From NCBI GenBank assembly GCA_021781555.1, contig JAJXWQ010000007.1, positions 529-64,528 of the forward strand: 64,000 nucleotides of DNA. The letters are read 5' to 3'. Source of the DNA: a bacterium. Its GTDB lineage: Bacteria > Cyanobacteriota > Sericytochromatia > S15B-MN24 > VGJW01. This document shows, piece after piece, positions 9,056 through 18,397 of the stretch (position 1 is its first letter; each line of letters begins with the position of its first letter). A model generated the notes under the pieces. It ran no database searches. It was given only the letters and a program-made list of their open reading frames with translations, and was not told where the DNA came from. A program made the translations under genes and the position numbers.

Positions 9056-10438
9056 ATGAACGGTCGCTCGGTCTGCGGGTATGATTCCGGGCAGGAGGAA
9101 GGCACGCTGTCACCCGACGTACTGGTCAAGCGTGAGGTTCGCTGCCCGCTATGCGGCAAGGACTTCCGCCACTGGTCGCCCAGGAGCGGCACCTATAGCC
9201 TGATCCGGCGTGACAGCGATTTCTGCCCTCACTACCATGGCACCAATCCCACGCTCTACCAGGTCTACGTCTGCCCCGGCTGCAACTTCGCAGCCTATCG
9301 CCCGGATTTCAGCAACCTCGAGGAGAGCTCGCGCGCTGCCATTGTCTCGGCGCTGGGTCGGGTCAGGCACGAAGGAGCGGTCGATTTCTCGCAGCCAGAG
9401 CGCTCGCTCTTCGCGGCCTTGCGGAGCTTCGAACTCGCGCGGATCTCGGCCGAGGCGCGCAGGTCTCCGCCCGAGGTCCAGGCCAGTCTGATCCACCGTG
9501 CCGCCTGGATTTGCCGTTACGCCGAGGAGTTGGGGCGCGAGGTGCGCTACCTGGGTAGGGCCCGCGATCTTTACCAGGCTGCCTTCGATCGCGGCGTGGC
9601 CAGAGAGCGCCAAACCAACGATCTCGCGGTCGCATATCTGGTGGGCGAGCTCATGCTAAGGACCGGCAGAATTCCGGAGGCGCAGCCCTATCTCCTCCTG
9701 GTAGCCAACGCGAGCGACGCCAAGGCGTCGCTGGTGCGCTCGGCCAAAGACCGGTTGTACGATTCCAAGCAGGCGGCTCAGATCCAGCGCCTCCTGGAGA
9801 CCATCACCCTCTTCCACCCGATCGCCCACCTGGTCGGTCTGATCGCCGCGCACAGCGAGCGTAGATCGATCGGCCCGGGGGGAATCTTGTGTCGCAAGGG
9901 CGAACCCGGGCTCTCGATGTTCGTCGTGGCGGCCGGCGAGGCGGAGGTCTATCTCGGCGATCCGGCCGACTCGGATCCGGTCGCCATCGTGGGCCCAGGC
10001 GAGACCCTGGGCGAGATGAGCTTGTTCCTCGCGGCACCGCGGTCGGCGACGATTTTGGCTCGACCTGCCCGCACGGGACCCATGGCGGTAGCCCTCGAGA
10101 TCATCGAGATTCCCAGGACCGCCTTCCGCAATCTACTCAAGCTCGACGCCGGGGTCGTGGCGGCGATCTCCGAGACGATCGCCCGGCGCCAGCGCGAGAA
10201 CGCCCACTGGCTCGAGGAGCTCGAAATGGCGGCCGACACCCACGGCCAGCTGGAGATCCCGCTGCCCGTCTCGCAGTCTCCCGGCGGCTTGCAGTCGCTC
10301 ATCTTGCCCAAGGTCCGGCGATTCTTCGGCTTGGGCGCGGATCACGAGGCTGCCGAGGCCGTGGCCGACCAGGGGTTGGATGGGGCGGATCCACCATCGC
10401 TCGCGCCCGGCCCGGACGCCGAGGAGCTCGCAACCTGA
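9056..10438 (+). CDS. DUF2225 zinc-ribbon domain fused to a cyclic-nucleotide-binding (CAP-family) domain
   Basis: N-terminus CPLCGKDF...CPHYHGTNP..YVCPGCNFAAY matches the DUF2225 pattern. C-terminus GPGETLGEMSLF...RSATILAR is a cNMP-binding signature. The ORF-track frame opens at TTG 9035; I chose ATG 9056. Start uncertain. Confidence 0.6.
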   Translation: MNGRSVCGYDSGQEEGTLSPDVLVKREVRCPLCGKDFRHWSPRSGTYSLIRRDSDFCPHYHGTNPTLYQVYVCPGCNFAAYRPDFSNLEESSRAAIVSALGRVRHEGAVDFSQPERSLFAALRSFELARISAEARRSPPEVQASLIHRAAWICRYAEELGREVRYLGRARDLYQAAFDRGVARERQTNDLAVAYLVGELMLRTGRIPEAQPYLLLVANASDAKASLVRSAKDRLYDSKQAAQIQRLLETITLFHPIAHLVGLIAAHSERRSIGPGGILCRKGEPGLSMFVVAAGEAEVYLGDPADSDPVAIVGPGETLGEMSLFLAAPRSATILARPARTGPMAVALEIIEIPRTAFRNLLKLDAGVVAAISETIARRQRENAHWLEELEMAADTHGQLEIPLPVSQSPGGLQSLILPKVRRFFGLGADHEAAEAVADQGLDGADPPSLAPGPDAEELAT

Positions 10439-10525
10439 GCCCTCGGGCTCCGAGGTCGAGAGGGCTCTTGACCTTCTCCTCTCTCAACGGATTCGACGGG
10501 CCTCACCTCTGATACGCTCAGCGCC

Positions 10526-12154
10526 ATGGACGCGGCCGGAGAACGAAACGCGATTCGTTCACTCAGGATATTTTCGGATGTCGCCGCTTCGATCGCGCTG
10601 ATCTGTGGCGGCCTCGAGATCGCCGCCTGGATCCTGGACCTCCGGGGCCTCGAAGCCTCGGCCATGGCGCCCCTGGCGCAGGGCCCCGAGGCCGCCACAG
10701 GCCTGCTCCTCGTGGGAGCCGCCCTCATCGTGGCGGGCAGGAACTTCCCGGGCGCCCGGATCGCCTGGCAGCTTTTGGCACTGATGGCGATGACCTTCGG
10801 CACCGCGCTGTCCGTCCGCGGGCTCGGAAGGATCGACGTCGGGCTGGGGCACTTGTTCTCTCCCCATGCGGCCGCCGCGAACTTCACCTCGGCCCGGATG
10901 GCCCTGCCCACGGCCCTGGTGATCACGCTCCTCGGACTGGCCCTGCTGCTCAAGGGCCGGTCGCTGAGCCGAGCGGGGGACGCCCTGGGCACCATGGCCT
11001 TCCTGTTCCTTTACTTCGGGTTCCTCCACCAGGTCCTCAGGATCGAGTTCATGCGGGTGGAACCGCCGTTCAGGCAGGTGCCGCAGGCCTGGCTCCTCTG
11101 GATGCTGCTGAGCCTGGGGGTCACGGCGGTCCGATCGTCGCAATGGCTGGTCGACACCGCCCTGGGGCGAACGCTGACTGGCCTGATGGGGCGCCGCTTC
11201 CTGGCCGCCGTCCTCGTCACCCCGGCACTGTTGGGTTTGCTGTGGATCGTGGCGGTCAGGGCCAACGGCGTGACGCCGATCGAGCGGCTCATGACGGTCG
11301 CCCTCGGCTTCACCGCGCTCATCGTCGGCGTGATCGCCCTTGATGCCCGCCGCCTCGAACAGATCGAGACCGAGCGCGGTCGAGCCGAGGAAGCCTTGGC
11401 CATGAGCCAGGCCGAACTCAAGAAGGCAGCCGAGCTGGCCCAGCTCAAGGATTCCTTCCTCTCGACGGTATCCCACGAGATGCGCACTCCACTCTCGCTC
11501 ATCATGGGCTACGCCGAGCTTCTCGAGGACGTCTATCCCGGCGAAGAGCTCATCGCCGGGATTCAAGAAGGCACCCGAAGGCTCGCCGAGCACATCGAGC
11601 GGATCGTCGAGTACTCCGCCTTGCTCGGCGGTACCTTGCCCCTCTACCAGACGCCAGTAGACATGGCCGAACTGGCCCGCAACGTCGCCGAGGTCGAGCG
11701 GGCGCGGTTCAAGGGCAAGGATCTGACACTCACCGTCGAGGTGAGCGTCAAAACCCCCATCGTGCAGGGAGACTCGCGCCGGCTGACCGAGGTGCTCAAG
11801 GAGCTCCTCGACAACGCGATCAAGGTCACACCGCCCGGGCGCAAGGCCGGGATCCGGGTCGGACCCGAGGGCGACAAGCTGCGAATCGACGTCTGGGACA
11901 GCGGGCCCGGGATCGGCGAGTCCGAGATCGCGCGTCTCTGGGAGGCCTTCGGGCAGCTCGAGGCGGGAGATTCCGCCCGGCGCGGCGGCCTGGGGCTCGG
12001 GCTCCCGATCTCCAGAAAGCTGATCGAACTCCACGGCGGCACGCTCGCCGTGGCGAGCCAGCCCGGCGAGGGGAGCACGTTCACGGTGCTGCTGCCGGCC
12101 TTCGGAACCGAGACTACGGACGCCGGTCCGGAACTCCCGGGTTCGCCTACGTGA
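10526..12154 (+). CDS. membrane sensor histidine kinase
   Basis: Several TM helices, HisKA H-box (SHEMRTPLSLIMGYAELL) and HATPase_c G-boxes (DSGPGIGE, GLGLGLPISRKL). Confidence 0.85.
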   Translation: MDAAGERNAIRSLRIFSDVAASIALICGGLEIAAWILDLRGLEASAMAPLAQGPEAATGLLLVGAALIVAGRNFPGARIAWQLLALMAMTFGTALSVRGLGRIDVGLGHLFSPHAAAANFTSARMALPTALVITLLGLALLLKGRSLSRAGDALGTMAFLFLYFGFLHQVLRIEFMRVEPPFRQVPQAWLLWMLLSLGVTAVRSSQWLVDTALGRTLTGLMGRRFLAAVLVTPALLGLLWIVAVRANGVTPIERLMTVALGFTALIVGVIALDARRLEQIETERGRAEEALAMSQAELKKAAELAQLKDSFLSTVSHEMRTPLSLIMGYAELLEDVYPGEELIAGIQEGTRRLAEHIERIVEYSALLGGTLPLYQTPVDMAELARNVAEVERARFKGKDLTLTVEVSVKTPIVQGDSRRLTEVLKELLDNAIKVTPPGRKAGIRVGPEGDKLRIDVWDSGPGIGESEIARLWEAFGQLEAGDSARRGGLGLGLPISRKLIELHGGTLAVASQPGEGSTFTVLLPAFGTETTDAGPELPGSPT

Positions 12155-13484
12155 ACATGGCCGCAGCGCTCGTCGTCGACCCGAGCATCCGCAACTGGCG
12201 GACGGTCTCGTCGAAGGGCGTGTTGTCCCGGACGTCCTGCTTGAGATAGCCCTTGATCTGGTCCCACATCGAGATGGCACGGTCAAAGGCGGGGTTGCTC
12301 CCCCTGACGTAAGCCCCGACGTTGAGCAGATCCTGGACCTCCTTGTAATCGGCGATCATCTGGAAGACGGCCTGGCGTGCCTGCTTGTGTTCCTTGGTAG
12401 CCAGGATATCCAGCAGACGGGAAACGCTCTGTAGCACGTCGATCGCCGGGAAGATGCCCTGCGCCGCGATCGATCGCAGCATGACGATGTGGCCGTCGAG
12501 GATGCCGCGGACGGTGTCGGCGATCGGCTCGTCCATGTCGCCGCCATCGACCAGCACCGTGTAGATCCCGGTGATCGAACCTTTGTCACTGGTACCCGCC
12601 CGCTCGAGGAGCTTGGGGATGAGCGAGAAAACCGACGGCGTGTACCCCTTCTGCGCGGGCGGTTCGCCGATCGCCAGGCCGATCTCGCGCATCGCCATCG
12701 CAAAACGCGTCATCGAGTCCATCATCAAGAAGACCTTGTTGCCCTGATCGCGGAAGTACTCGGCGATGGAGGTAGCTACCAGCGGCGCCTTGAACCGCAT
12801 CAAGCTGGAGGTATCGCTCGTCGCAACCACCACGACCGAACGTCTCAAGCCTTCCTCGCCCAGGGAGTACTCGAGAAATTCCCGGACCTCGCGCCCGCGC
12901 TCTCCGACCAGGCAGAGCACGGATAGATCCGCCTTGGCCTGGCGGGCGATCTGGCCGAGCAAGGTGCTCTTGCCCACTCCCGATCCGGCGAAGATCCCGA
13001 TACGCTGGCCCTCGCCCAGGGTCAAAAAGCCGTCCATCACGCGCACGCCGGTCGGGAGAACCGTGTCGATGAGCCGCCGTGTCATCGAGTTGGGGGGAGC
13101 GTTCATCTGCGGCGTCGTCGTCTCGTACAGGAGCGGACCCTTGCCGTCGATGGGGTTGCCGAGACCGTCCAGCACGCGGCCGAGGAGCTTGGGCCCGACC
13201 TTGACGCTGACCATCCGCCCGGTCGCCACGACCTCGCAGCCCGCCCCGATGCCCTCCATCTCGGAAAGAGGCATCAGCATGACGCGCCGCGGCTTGAAGC
13301 CGACGACCTCGCACGGAAAGACCAGCTTGCGATCCTGCGAGTAGATGTGGCAAAGCTCTCCGTAACGCACGCCTTGCAACTGCGCCTCGATGACCAGGCC
13401 CACGAGCTGCACGACGATTCCCCGGGCTCGCACCGGCTCGGTATCCCGCAACGCGAGGGCGTAGGGCTCGAGAGAGATGTTCAC
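12147..13484 (-). CDS. fliI: FliI/YscN-family type III secretion ATPase
   Basis: Walker A GSGVGKST and a T3SS-ATPase N-domain. GTG start with AAGAGG upstream. Stop overlaps the convergent HK stop (CTACGTGA). Confidence 0.9.
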   Translation of the reverse strand: MNISLEPYALALRDTEPVRARGIVVQLVGLVIEAQLQGVRYGELCHIYSQDRKLVFPCEVVGFKPRRVMLMPLSEMEGIGAGCEVVATGRMVSVKVGPKLLGRVLDGLGNPIDGKGPLLYETTTPQMNAPPNSMTRRLIDTVLPTGVRVMDGFLTLGEGQRIGIFAGSGVGKSTLLGQIARQAKADLSVLCLVGERGREVREFLEYSLGEEGLRRSVVVVATSDTSSLMRFKAPLVATSIAEYFRDQGNKVFLMMDSMTRFAMAMREIGLAIGEPPAQKGYTPSVFSLIPKLLERAGTSDKGSITGIYTVLVDGGDMDEPIADTVRGILDGHIVMLRSIAAQGIFPAIDVLQSVSRLLDILATKEHKQARQAVFQMIADYKEVQDLLNVGAYVRGSNPAFDRAISMWDQIKGYLKQDVRDNTPFDETVRQLRMLGSTTSAAAMFT

Positions 13485-13514
13485 GGAAGCAAGCCTCTTG
13501 ACGTCGGCACCCGG

Positions 13515-14900
13515 CTACTGGTTGAGGTCCTCGAAGGCCTGCGACTCGGCATCGTCGACCTCGGAGAGCTCCCGCTGCACGTTCTGGAAGACCTCCTGCA
13601 AGACCGAGAGCTGGGTCTTGATGGTCGCATCCACCGTGCCCGATCCGGTCTCGATGAAGACGCCGCCCCGCTGGATCTTGTTGGACGCCTGGAACTCGAG
13701 ATGCTTGACCTGAGCCAGCATGTCCCGGAATCGATCCTCCTGGGCCTGAACCTGGGGCAGATCCTCGGTATTGACCCGCACCACGACGCGCTCCAGGTCC
13801 GTGACCCGGGTCAGCGCCTCGTCGAGGACCGACAGCACGATCTCGGGCTTGGCCGAGATCTCGTCGCAGACGATCTTTTCGGCCACGCTCATGGCGAGCT
13901 GGATGAGTTTCCTCGAGTTCTCCCGCGCTGCCTGTGGATAAGCTAGCCGAGCGCGATTGAGGGTCTCGATCGCCTCTTCGATGATCTTGGCGCCTTCCTC
14001 GTCGGCCTGCGCCCGGCCCTCGGTGTAGCCAGCCGCTCGGGCCGCCTCCACCATCTGTTCGTAGCGCTCGGACCGGGAGCGCTCGAAGTCCTCGAAGGCC
14101 TGGGCGATCTGGTTCTGCGCATCGGCCCGGGCCTCGGCTGCCGCGATCTGGGCCTCGCCGACGATCCGCTCCGCCTCGAGACGAGCCTCGGCGAGCAGCC
14201 GCTCGCGTTCGGCCAGCAGCCGCTTGCCGGCATTCTCCTTGAGCTCGAAGCCGTCGAGCAGCGCGGCGATCTGCTCCTCGGCGCTGGCGAGCTCGCGCCA
14301 ACGCGCCCGCGAGGCGGCCCGCGCCGCCTCGAACTCGGCCGCCGCCGCCGCCTGCTGCTCCAGAGTCGGCACCAGCGCATCGACCGCACTGCCGAGCTGC
14401 TGGGGATCCGCGCCGAGAGCCTCGGACAGACGTTGGGTCGCAGCCTCGAGCAGAGCCGAGAAGGTACCCTCGGGATCGGGGGCCTGATTGGCGGCCTCCT
14501 CGGCTCCGGCCTGGGCAGCGGCTTCGGCGGCGGTCAGGATCTCCTGCCTGGCGCCCTCGAACCCCGCCAACCAATCCCCATCCGCCTCGAGGGCCGCGTC
14601 GAGTCCGGCCGCGGCTCCCCCCGGCGCCGGCTCTGCAACGCCAGCCCCGGCGCTCGCTACGGGATCGACGGGACGAGCCGGGGCCTCGGGTCCTGGCGAC
14701 TCCGGCTGCAGCGGCACGATGTCGAGGTCCGATTCGGCCATCGGCACGACCCGCTCGGCCCTGCGCAGCCCGCTCTCGGGGGCGTCGACTCGCCGGCGCA
14801 CACGGCCCGGACGGCCTTCGCCCTCGTCGGCGATAACCTGGTCGCCGGCGACCACGACCGACCCGCCCTGGTCGACCTTGCTACCCTTTATCAGCGCCAC
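13515..14900 (-). CDS. fliH: FliH/YscL-family ATPase regulator with a ~200-aa Ala/Glu/Pro-rich N-terminal extension
   Basis: C-terminal 260 aa match FliH (coiled coil, then ...RGGVFIETGSGTVDATIKTQL). 30-bp gap to fliI. Annotated start is a GTG without a clear SD. Start uncertain. Confidence 0.65.
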   Translation of the reverse strand: MALIKGSKVDQGGSVVVAGDQVIADEGEGRPGRVRRRVDAPESGLRRAERVVPMAESDLDIVPLQPESPGPEAPARPVDPVASAGAGVAEPAPGGAAAGLDAALEADGDWLAGFEGARQEILTAAEAAAQAGAEEAANQAPDPEGTFSALLEAATQRLSEALGADPQQLGSAVDALVPTLEQQAAAAAEFEAARAASRARWRELASAEEQIAALLDGFELKENAGKRLLAERERLLAEARLEAERIVGEAQIAAAEARADAQNQIAQAFEDFERSRSERYEQMVEAARAAGYTEGRAQADEEGAKIIEEAIETLNRARLAYPQAARENSRKLIQLAMSVAEKIVCDEISAKPEIVLSVLDEALTRVTDLERVVVRVNTEDLPQVQAQEDRFRDMLAQVKHLEFQASNKIQRGGVFIETGSGTVDATIKTQLSVLQEVFQNVQRELSEVDDAESQAFEDLNQ

Positions 14901-15038
14901 GATCGAACTATACCCGTCAAAGAGCGGCCATGCGAGGTGCTGGATGTCGAAGTCGGCGCCAGGCGCGGCCTGTCGTCGCGATCCTCGGGGCAGCGCCCCC
15001 TCTCGAGCTCCTGCCAGCTAACCCAGAGCAGCCAAGCC

Positions 15039-15278
15039 TCAGGCCAGGTCCTCGATCTGGCTCAGCAGATCCTCGAACGAGGCGAAACCCTCACAGTCGC
15101 CGCAACGCAGCAGGATCACGCGCAGCTTTTCGGTGTGGCCATGGCGGAACTCGACCTCGCGCTCTCCGCGCTCGAGGACCAGCTTTTCCCGGCTCACCGG
15201 AAAATGGACTCCCTCCGTGGCCTGCATCAGCGCCGCAACTCCGAAGCGCCGGGGATGTTCACCTGTAGCGTCTGCCAT
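15039..15278 (-). CDS. DUF2795-like small protein
   Basis: GVHFPVSREKLV ... FASFEDLLSQI resembles the DUF2795 pattern (VDYPASK.DLV ... P..Y.SP.DV). 79 aa. Confidence 0.45.
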   Translation of the reverse strand: MADATGEHPRRFGVAALMQATEGVHFPVSREKLVLERGEREVEFRHGHTEKLRVILLRCGDCEGFASFEDLLSQIEDLA

Positions 15279-15354
15279 GGCTTTACCCTCCCGAGCTGAG
15301 CCTATCTCAGTCGGCCTTCCGTGTCTGGCCCGGCGCCAGCTCGCACGGGCTGCT

Positions 15355-17253
15355 TCAGTCCAGGCCCACCGAGTAGCCGAAGTTCACGCTGGCGTTGAAG
15401 GGGAAGAGCGTCATCGTGGACGTCAGCGACCAGGAGAGGCAAGCGGCGCGGTAGGTCAGCCGCAGCGTGGCATCGTTGAAGTTTAGCCGGAGGGCGCCCT
15501 GCGGACGGTAGAAGTTGGCGCCCACGTCGGTGTACCAGTGGCGAGTCCACGCGTAAGAGGCGCTGCCGAAGACCCGATCCCCGCTTGGCGCCTGATCGAA
15601 GTAGAACGGCGAGCGGCCCAGCAGCTGGTCGGTCTCCGCCCCGAAATCCGTGGACCATCGTGCCGCCCAGCGCTGTATGTTGTTGAGCCCGACGACGCCG
15701 CTCACCTGGTACGCGGGCTTCCACGACCTCGCGCCCAAAGCTGGCGGCTCCAGGTATTCCGTCGCCGTACCCCAGGCGTAACCGTCGGTCTCCCAGAAGG
15801 GCTCGGGTCGCCAGGCGGGGGCCGCCACTGCGACGTGAACGGATCCAGCAACGGCACTGGCATGCGGCGGCTCGTCGAACGGCAACCACTCGAGCTGCGG
15901 CAAGGGCGAGAGTTCCTGGAAGTAGCCCACCCGCGCCGTCGGGTTGATCATCAAGGGCCCAAGGCCCAGATTACCGAGATTGAGGTCCAGATCGCCCAGT
16001 CGGTTGACGTTCTGGCCGTTGATATCCGATCGGTAGCCGGCGCCGAGCGAAAGACTCCTGCCGCCTGCCAGAGCCAGCAGGGCGCCACCATTGGCGCGCG
16101 GGCCGTAGGTTCCGCCCTGAAACGGCGTCTGGTAGGTCGCGTCACCCGATAGCGAGATGTTCCCGACCTTGGCGGTCCCCTGGGTGCCGAAGAGGATGCC
16201 CCGCCCCTGCGTGACACGGAAGGGAATCGTGCCCTGGATGTACTTGCCCAGAGCGAAAGCGCCGGCACCGGCCGCGAAGGCCCCCTCGTACGGGTCGTAC
16301 CCGGCCTGGGCACCGAGGGTGTGCGACCCGCGCCGATGGGAGATCTGGTCCTTGAGGCTCGTATTGATCTCGGGAATCGAAGCCAGGGTCCAGCCCGAGA
16401 CGTGCAGGGCCACGTCGTGGGCTTCAAAGATCTGCCGATCGCCGAACGGGTGCCACTTCAGCTTCTTGCTGGAAAGGAAGTATCCGGGGTCGTCAGCCAT
16501 GCACGGACTGAAAACCGTGTTCCGGGCCAAAGCATAGGAAGGCGAGAGATACAGGAAGCTGCCGCTGGCGCGCCCGCGGTGGGCCGCTCGGCCCGACCAG
16601 TGCCAGGCCTGGGCCTCCTGGTGGAGGAGGTCGAAATCGAAGCGGTCGGCGCGGAGGCGGTAACCTTTGATCGTGAACCGCACGTGGTTGTCCGCGTGGC
16701 CCCGCCGGGCCGCCGCATCGAAGTAGAGCCGCCCGGCCGACAGGGAGTAGGATCCGTACCACGCCTGCACGTGGCCCGTGGCGATGAGGATGGACGCATC
16801 GGTTCTTGCCTCGATATGGTCGGCCCAGATCACCAGGGTCTGGCCTCCCGGCTCGTTCACGGTCACCGAGGCCGAGGCTTTTCCGGGCCGGGCGGGTGAG
16901 GACTCCGCCTGTGCCGGTCCGAACTCGTCGGGCAGCAGCGTCGGCGGCAAATAGGGATTGGGCGAGGGGCCGACCTGGGGTTCGGGCAGGGCATCGGGAT
17001 CCGGCAGCGCCGGCCCGGCGAGAGGATCCCCGATGCCCATAGGGGCGAGGACCGGGCTCTCGAAACAGCACGCCGCGGGAGCGAGCGCAGGAGACGGCGA
17101 GGGCGACGGCGAAGGCAAGGGGGACGGCGAGGGCGAGGGAAAAGGCTCGGCCGAAGCCAGTAGATCGGGGATCGGGTTGCCCAGATGATCGCCCGTGATG
17201 GGCAGGTAAGCGGCGGCAAGATGGATCGCCGCGGCGCAAAGCAGGGCGATCAT
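15355..17253 (-). CDS. OstA-domain (LptD-like) outer-membrane beta-barrel protein with an (SP)n linker
   Basis: Signal peptide, SPSPSPLPSPSPSPSP linker, OstA-like N-domain (TLVIWADHIEARTDASILIATGHVQAWYGSYSLSAGRLYFD) and a Gly/aromatic-rich C-terminal half consistent with a beta-barrel. Start overlaps the DUF58 stop (ATGA). Confidence 0.5.
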   Translation of the reverse strand: MIALLCAAAIHLAAAYLPITGDHLGNPIPDLLASAEPFPSPSPSPLPSPSPSPSPALAPAACCFESPVLAPMGIGDPLAGPALPDPDALPEPQVGPSPNPYLPPTLLPDEFGPAQAESSPARPGKASASVTVNEPGGQTLVIWADHIEARTDASILIATGHVQAWYGSYSLSAGRLYFDAAARRGHADNHVRFTIKGYRLRADRFDFDLLHQEAQAWHWSGRAAHRGRASGSFLYLSPSYALARNTVFSPCMADDPGYFLSSKKLKWHPFGDRQIFEAHDVALHVSGWTLASIPEINTSLKDQISHRRGSHTLGAQAGYDPYEGAFAAGAGAFALGKYIQGTIPFRVTQGRGILFGTQGTAKVGNISLSGDATYQTPFQGGTYGPRANGGALLALAGGRSLSLGAGYRSDINGQNVNRLGDLDLNLGNLGLGPLMINPTARVGYFQELSPLPQLEWLPFDEPPHASAVAGSVHVAVAAPAWRPEPFWETDGYAWGTATEYLEPPALGARSWKPAYQVSGVVGLNNIQRWAARWSTDFGAETDQLLGRSPFYFDQAPSGDRVFGSASYAWTRHWYTDVGANFYRPQGALRLNFNDATLRLTYRAACLSWSLTSTMTLFPFNASVNFGYSVGLD

Positions 17254-18395
17254 CGCACTTCGGGCCGGTGGGCCCGGAGCCTGCGCTTGCCCCTGCGCTT
17301 GAAGAAGGCGAAAACCGGACGCCAGAAGGACTCGCCCGTCCGCAGCTCGATCTCGTCGATCCCCATGGCGGCAAAGGCCTGCTGACGCGTGCGGCGGCGG
17401 GTCTCGGCGATCTGGCGGTAGCGTTGCTGCACGTCGGGATCCGAGGTGTCGACGACGGCGCTGACACCCGTCTCGGGGTCCATGAAACTAACCCGTCCCA
17501 GCGCAGGCAAGACCTCCTCCATGCGATCCGTCAGCGTCACCGCGATCACGTCGTGCCGCGCCAGTCGCCGGAGCGATTCGAGATCGGCCGCCAGGAAGTC
17601 CGAGCAGACGAAGATCGTGGCAGGCCGGCGCACCAGGCGCGCCAGCGCGATCACGGCACCCTGGAACGCAGCCGGGAAGGGTCCGGTTGCCGCGGACGTG
17701 CCGACCTCCAGGTCGAGGGCTCCCACGGTCGGGCTCGTGGGTCCGACGTCGAGGAGATCGTGGACCAGGCGCAGGACATGTGCGCGCCCTTTGCGCGGCG
17801 GGACGAAACGGACGGTCTTCGAACCGAACAGGAAAAGCCCGACGCGATCGTGGTTGGCCATGGCCGAAAGCGCGATGGCCATCGCGAAGCGACCGGCGAG
17901 ATCCCGCTTGAGCTCGGTGCCGGCCGTCGCAAAATCCAGGCTGCGCGAGCCATCCACGGCGAGGATGACGGTCAGCTCGCGCTCCTCGACGAATTTCTTG
18001 ACGAAGAGCCGATCCATCCGCGCCGTCACGTTCCAGTCGATCGTGCGCGGATCATCGCCCTCTTGATACTCCCGGACCTCGTCGAAGATCATCCCCCGTC
18101 CCTTGAACACACTCTGGTATTCTCCGGCCAGGATGCTGCGAACCAGGCGATCGCTCTGGATCTCGAGCCGGCGGATCTTCCTGGCCATCCGGCTCGTCGC
18201 CTCGGGGACCGGAGCGGGCCTCGCGATCGCCCGACGCCAGCGGTTCCATCCGAGCACCAGGAAGCCCGTGGATGGCCACGGGATGCGCAGCGGCCGAAAC
18301 GACCTCCCGGTCGCTGCCAGGCGCTCCCGGGGCGATCGCCTGAAACCGTCTCGATGGCCCGAAGAGGGCCCGCGCTTGAGCGAACGGCCAGACAA
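17250..18395 (-). CDS. DUF58 protein (MoxR partner, vWA-like fold)
   Basis: Conserved DUF58 core (YQEGDDPRTIDWNVTARMDRLFVKKF...ILAVDGSRSL). Start lies 3 nt after the MoxR stop. Confidence 0.75.
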   Translation of the reverse strand: MSGRSLKRGPSSGHRDGFRRSPRERLAATGRSFRPLRIPWPSTGFLVLGWNRWRRAIARPAPVPEATSRMARKIRRLEIQSDRLVRSILAGEYQSVFKGRGMIFDEVREYQEGDDPRTIDWNVTARMDRLFVKKFVEERELTVILAVDGSRSLDFATAGTELKRDLAGRFAMAIALSAMANHDRVGLFLFGSKTVRFVPPRKGRAHVLRLVHDLLDVGPTSPTVGALDLEVGTSAATGPFPAAFQGAVIALARLVRRPATIFVCSDFLAADLESLRRLARHDVIAVTLTDRMEEVLPALGRVSFMDPETGVSAVVDTSDPDVQQRYRQIAETRRRTRQQAFAAMGIDEIELRTGESFWRPVFAFFKRRGKRRLRAHRPEVR

Positions 18396-18397
18396 GC

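Noticed and set aside
6490-9192. 900-aa minus-strand ORF antisense to the CE4/GH gene
   Set aside because: Arg/Gly/Pro-rich low-complexity translation with no motifs. It is a typical stop-free antisense frame in high-GC DNA; the sense gene has clear NodB motifs.
17100-17160. Simple-sequence (ggcgag/ggcgac)n tract
   Set aside because: It is the coding sequence of the (SP)n linker of the OstA-like protein, read on the opposite strand. Not an independent repeat or CRISPR.
15355-17253. Calling the 632-aa OMP a bona fide LptD
   Set aside because: The OstA-like N-domain is convincing, but the protein is shorter than canonical LptD and sits inside a MoxR/FliHI operon. Labelled OstA-domain OMP rather than lptD.
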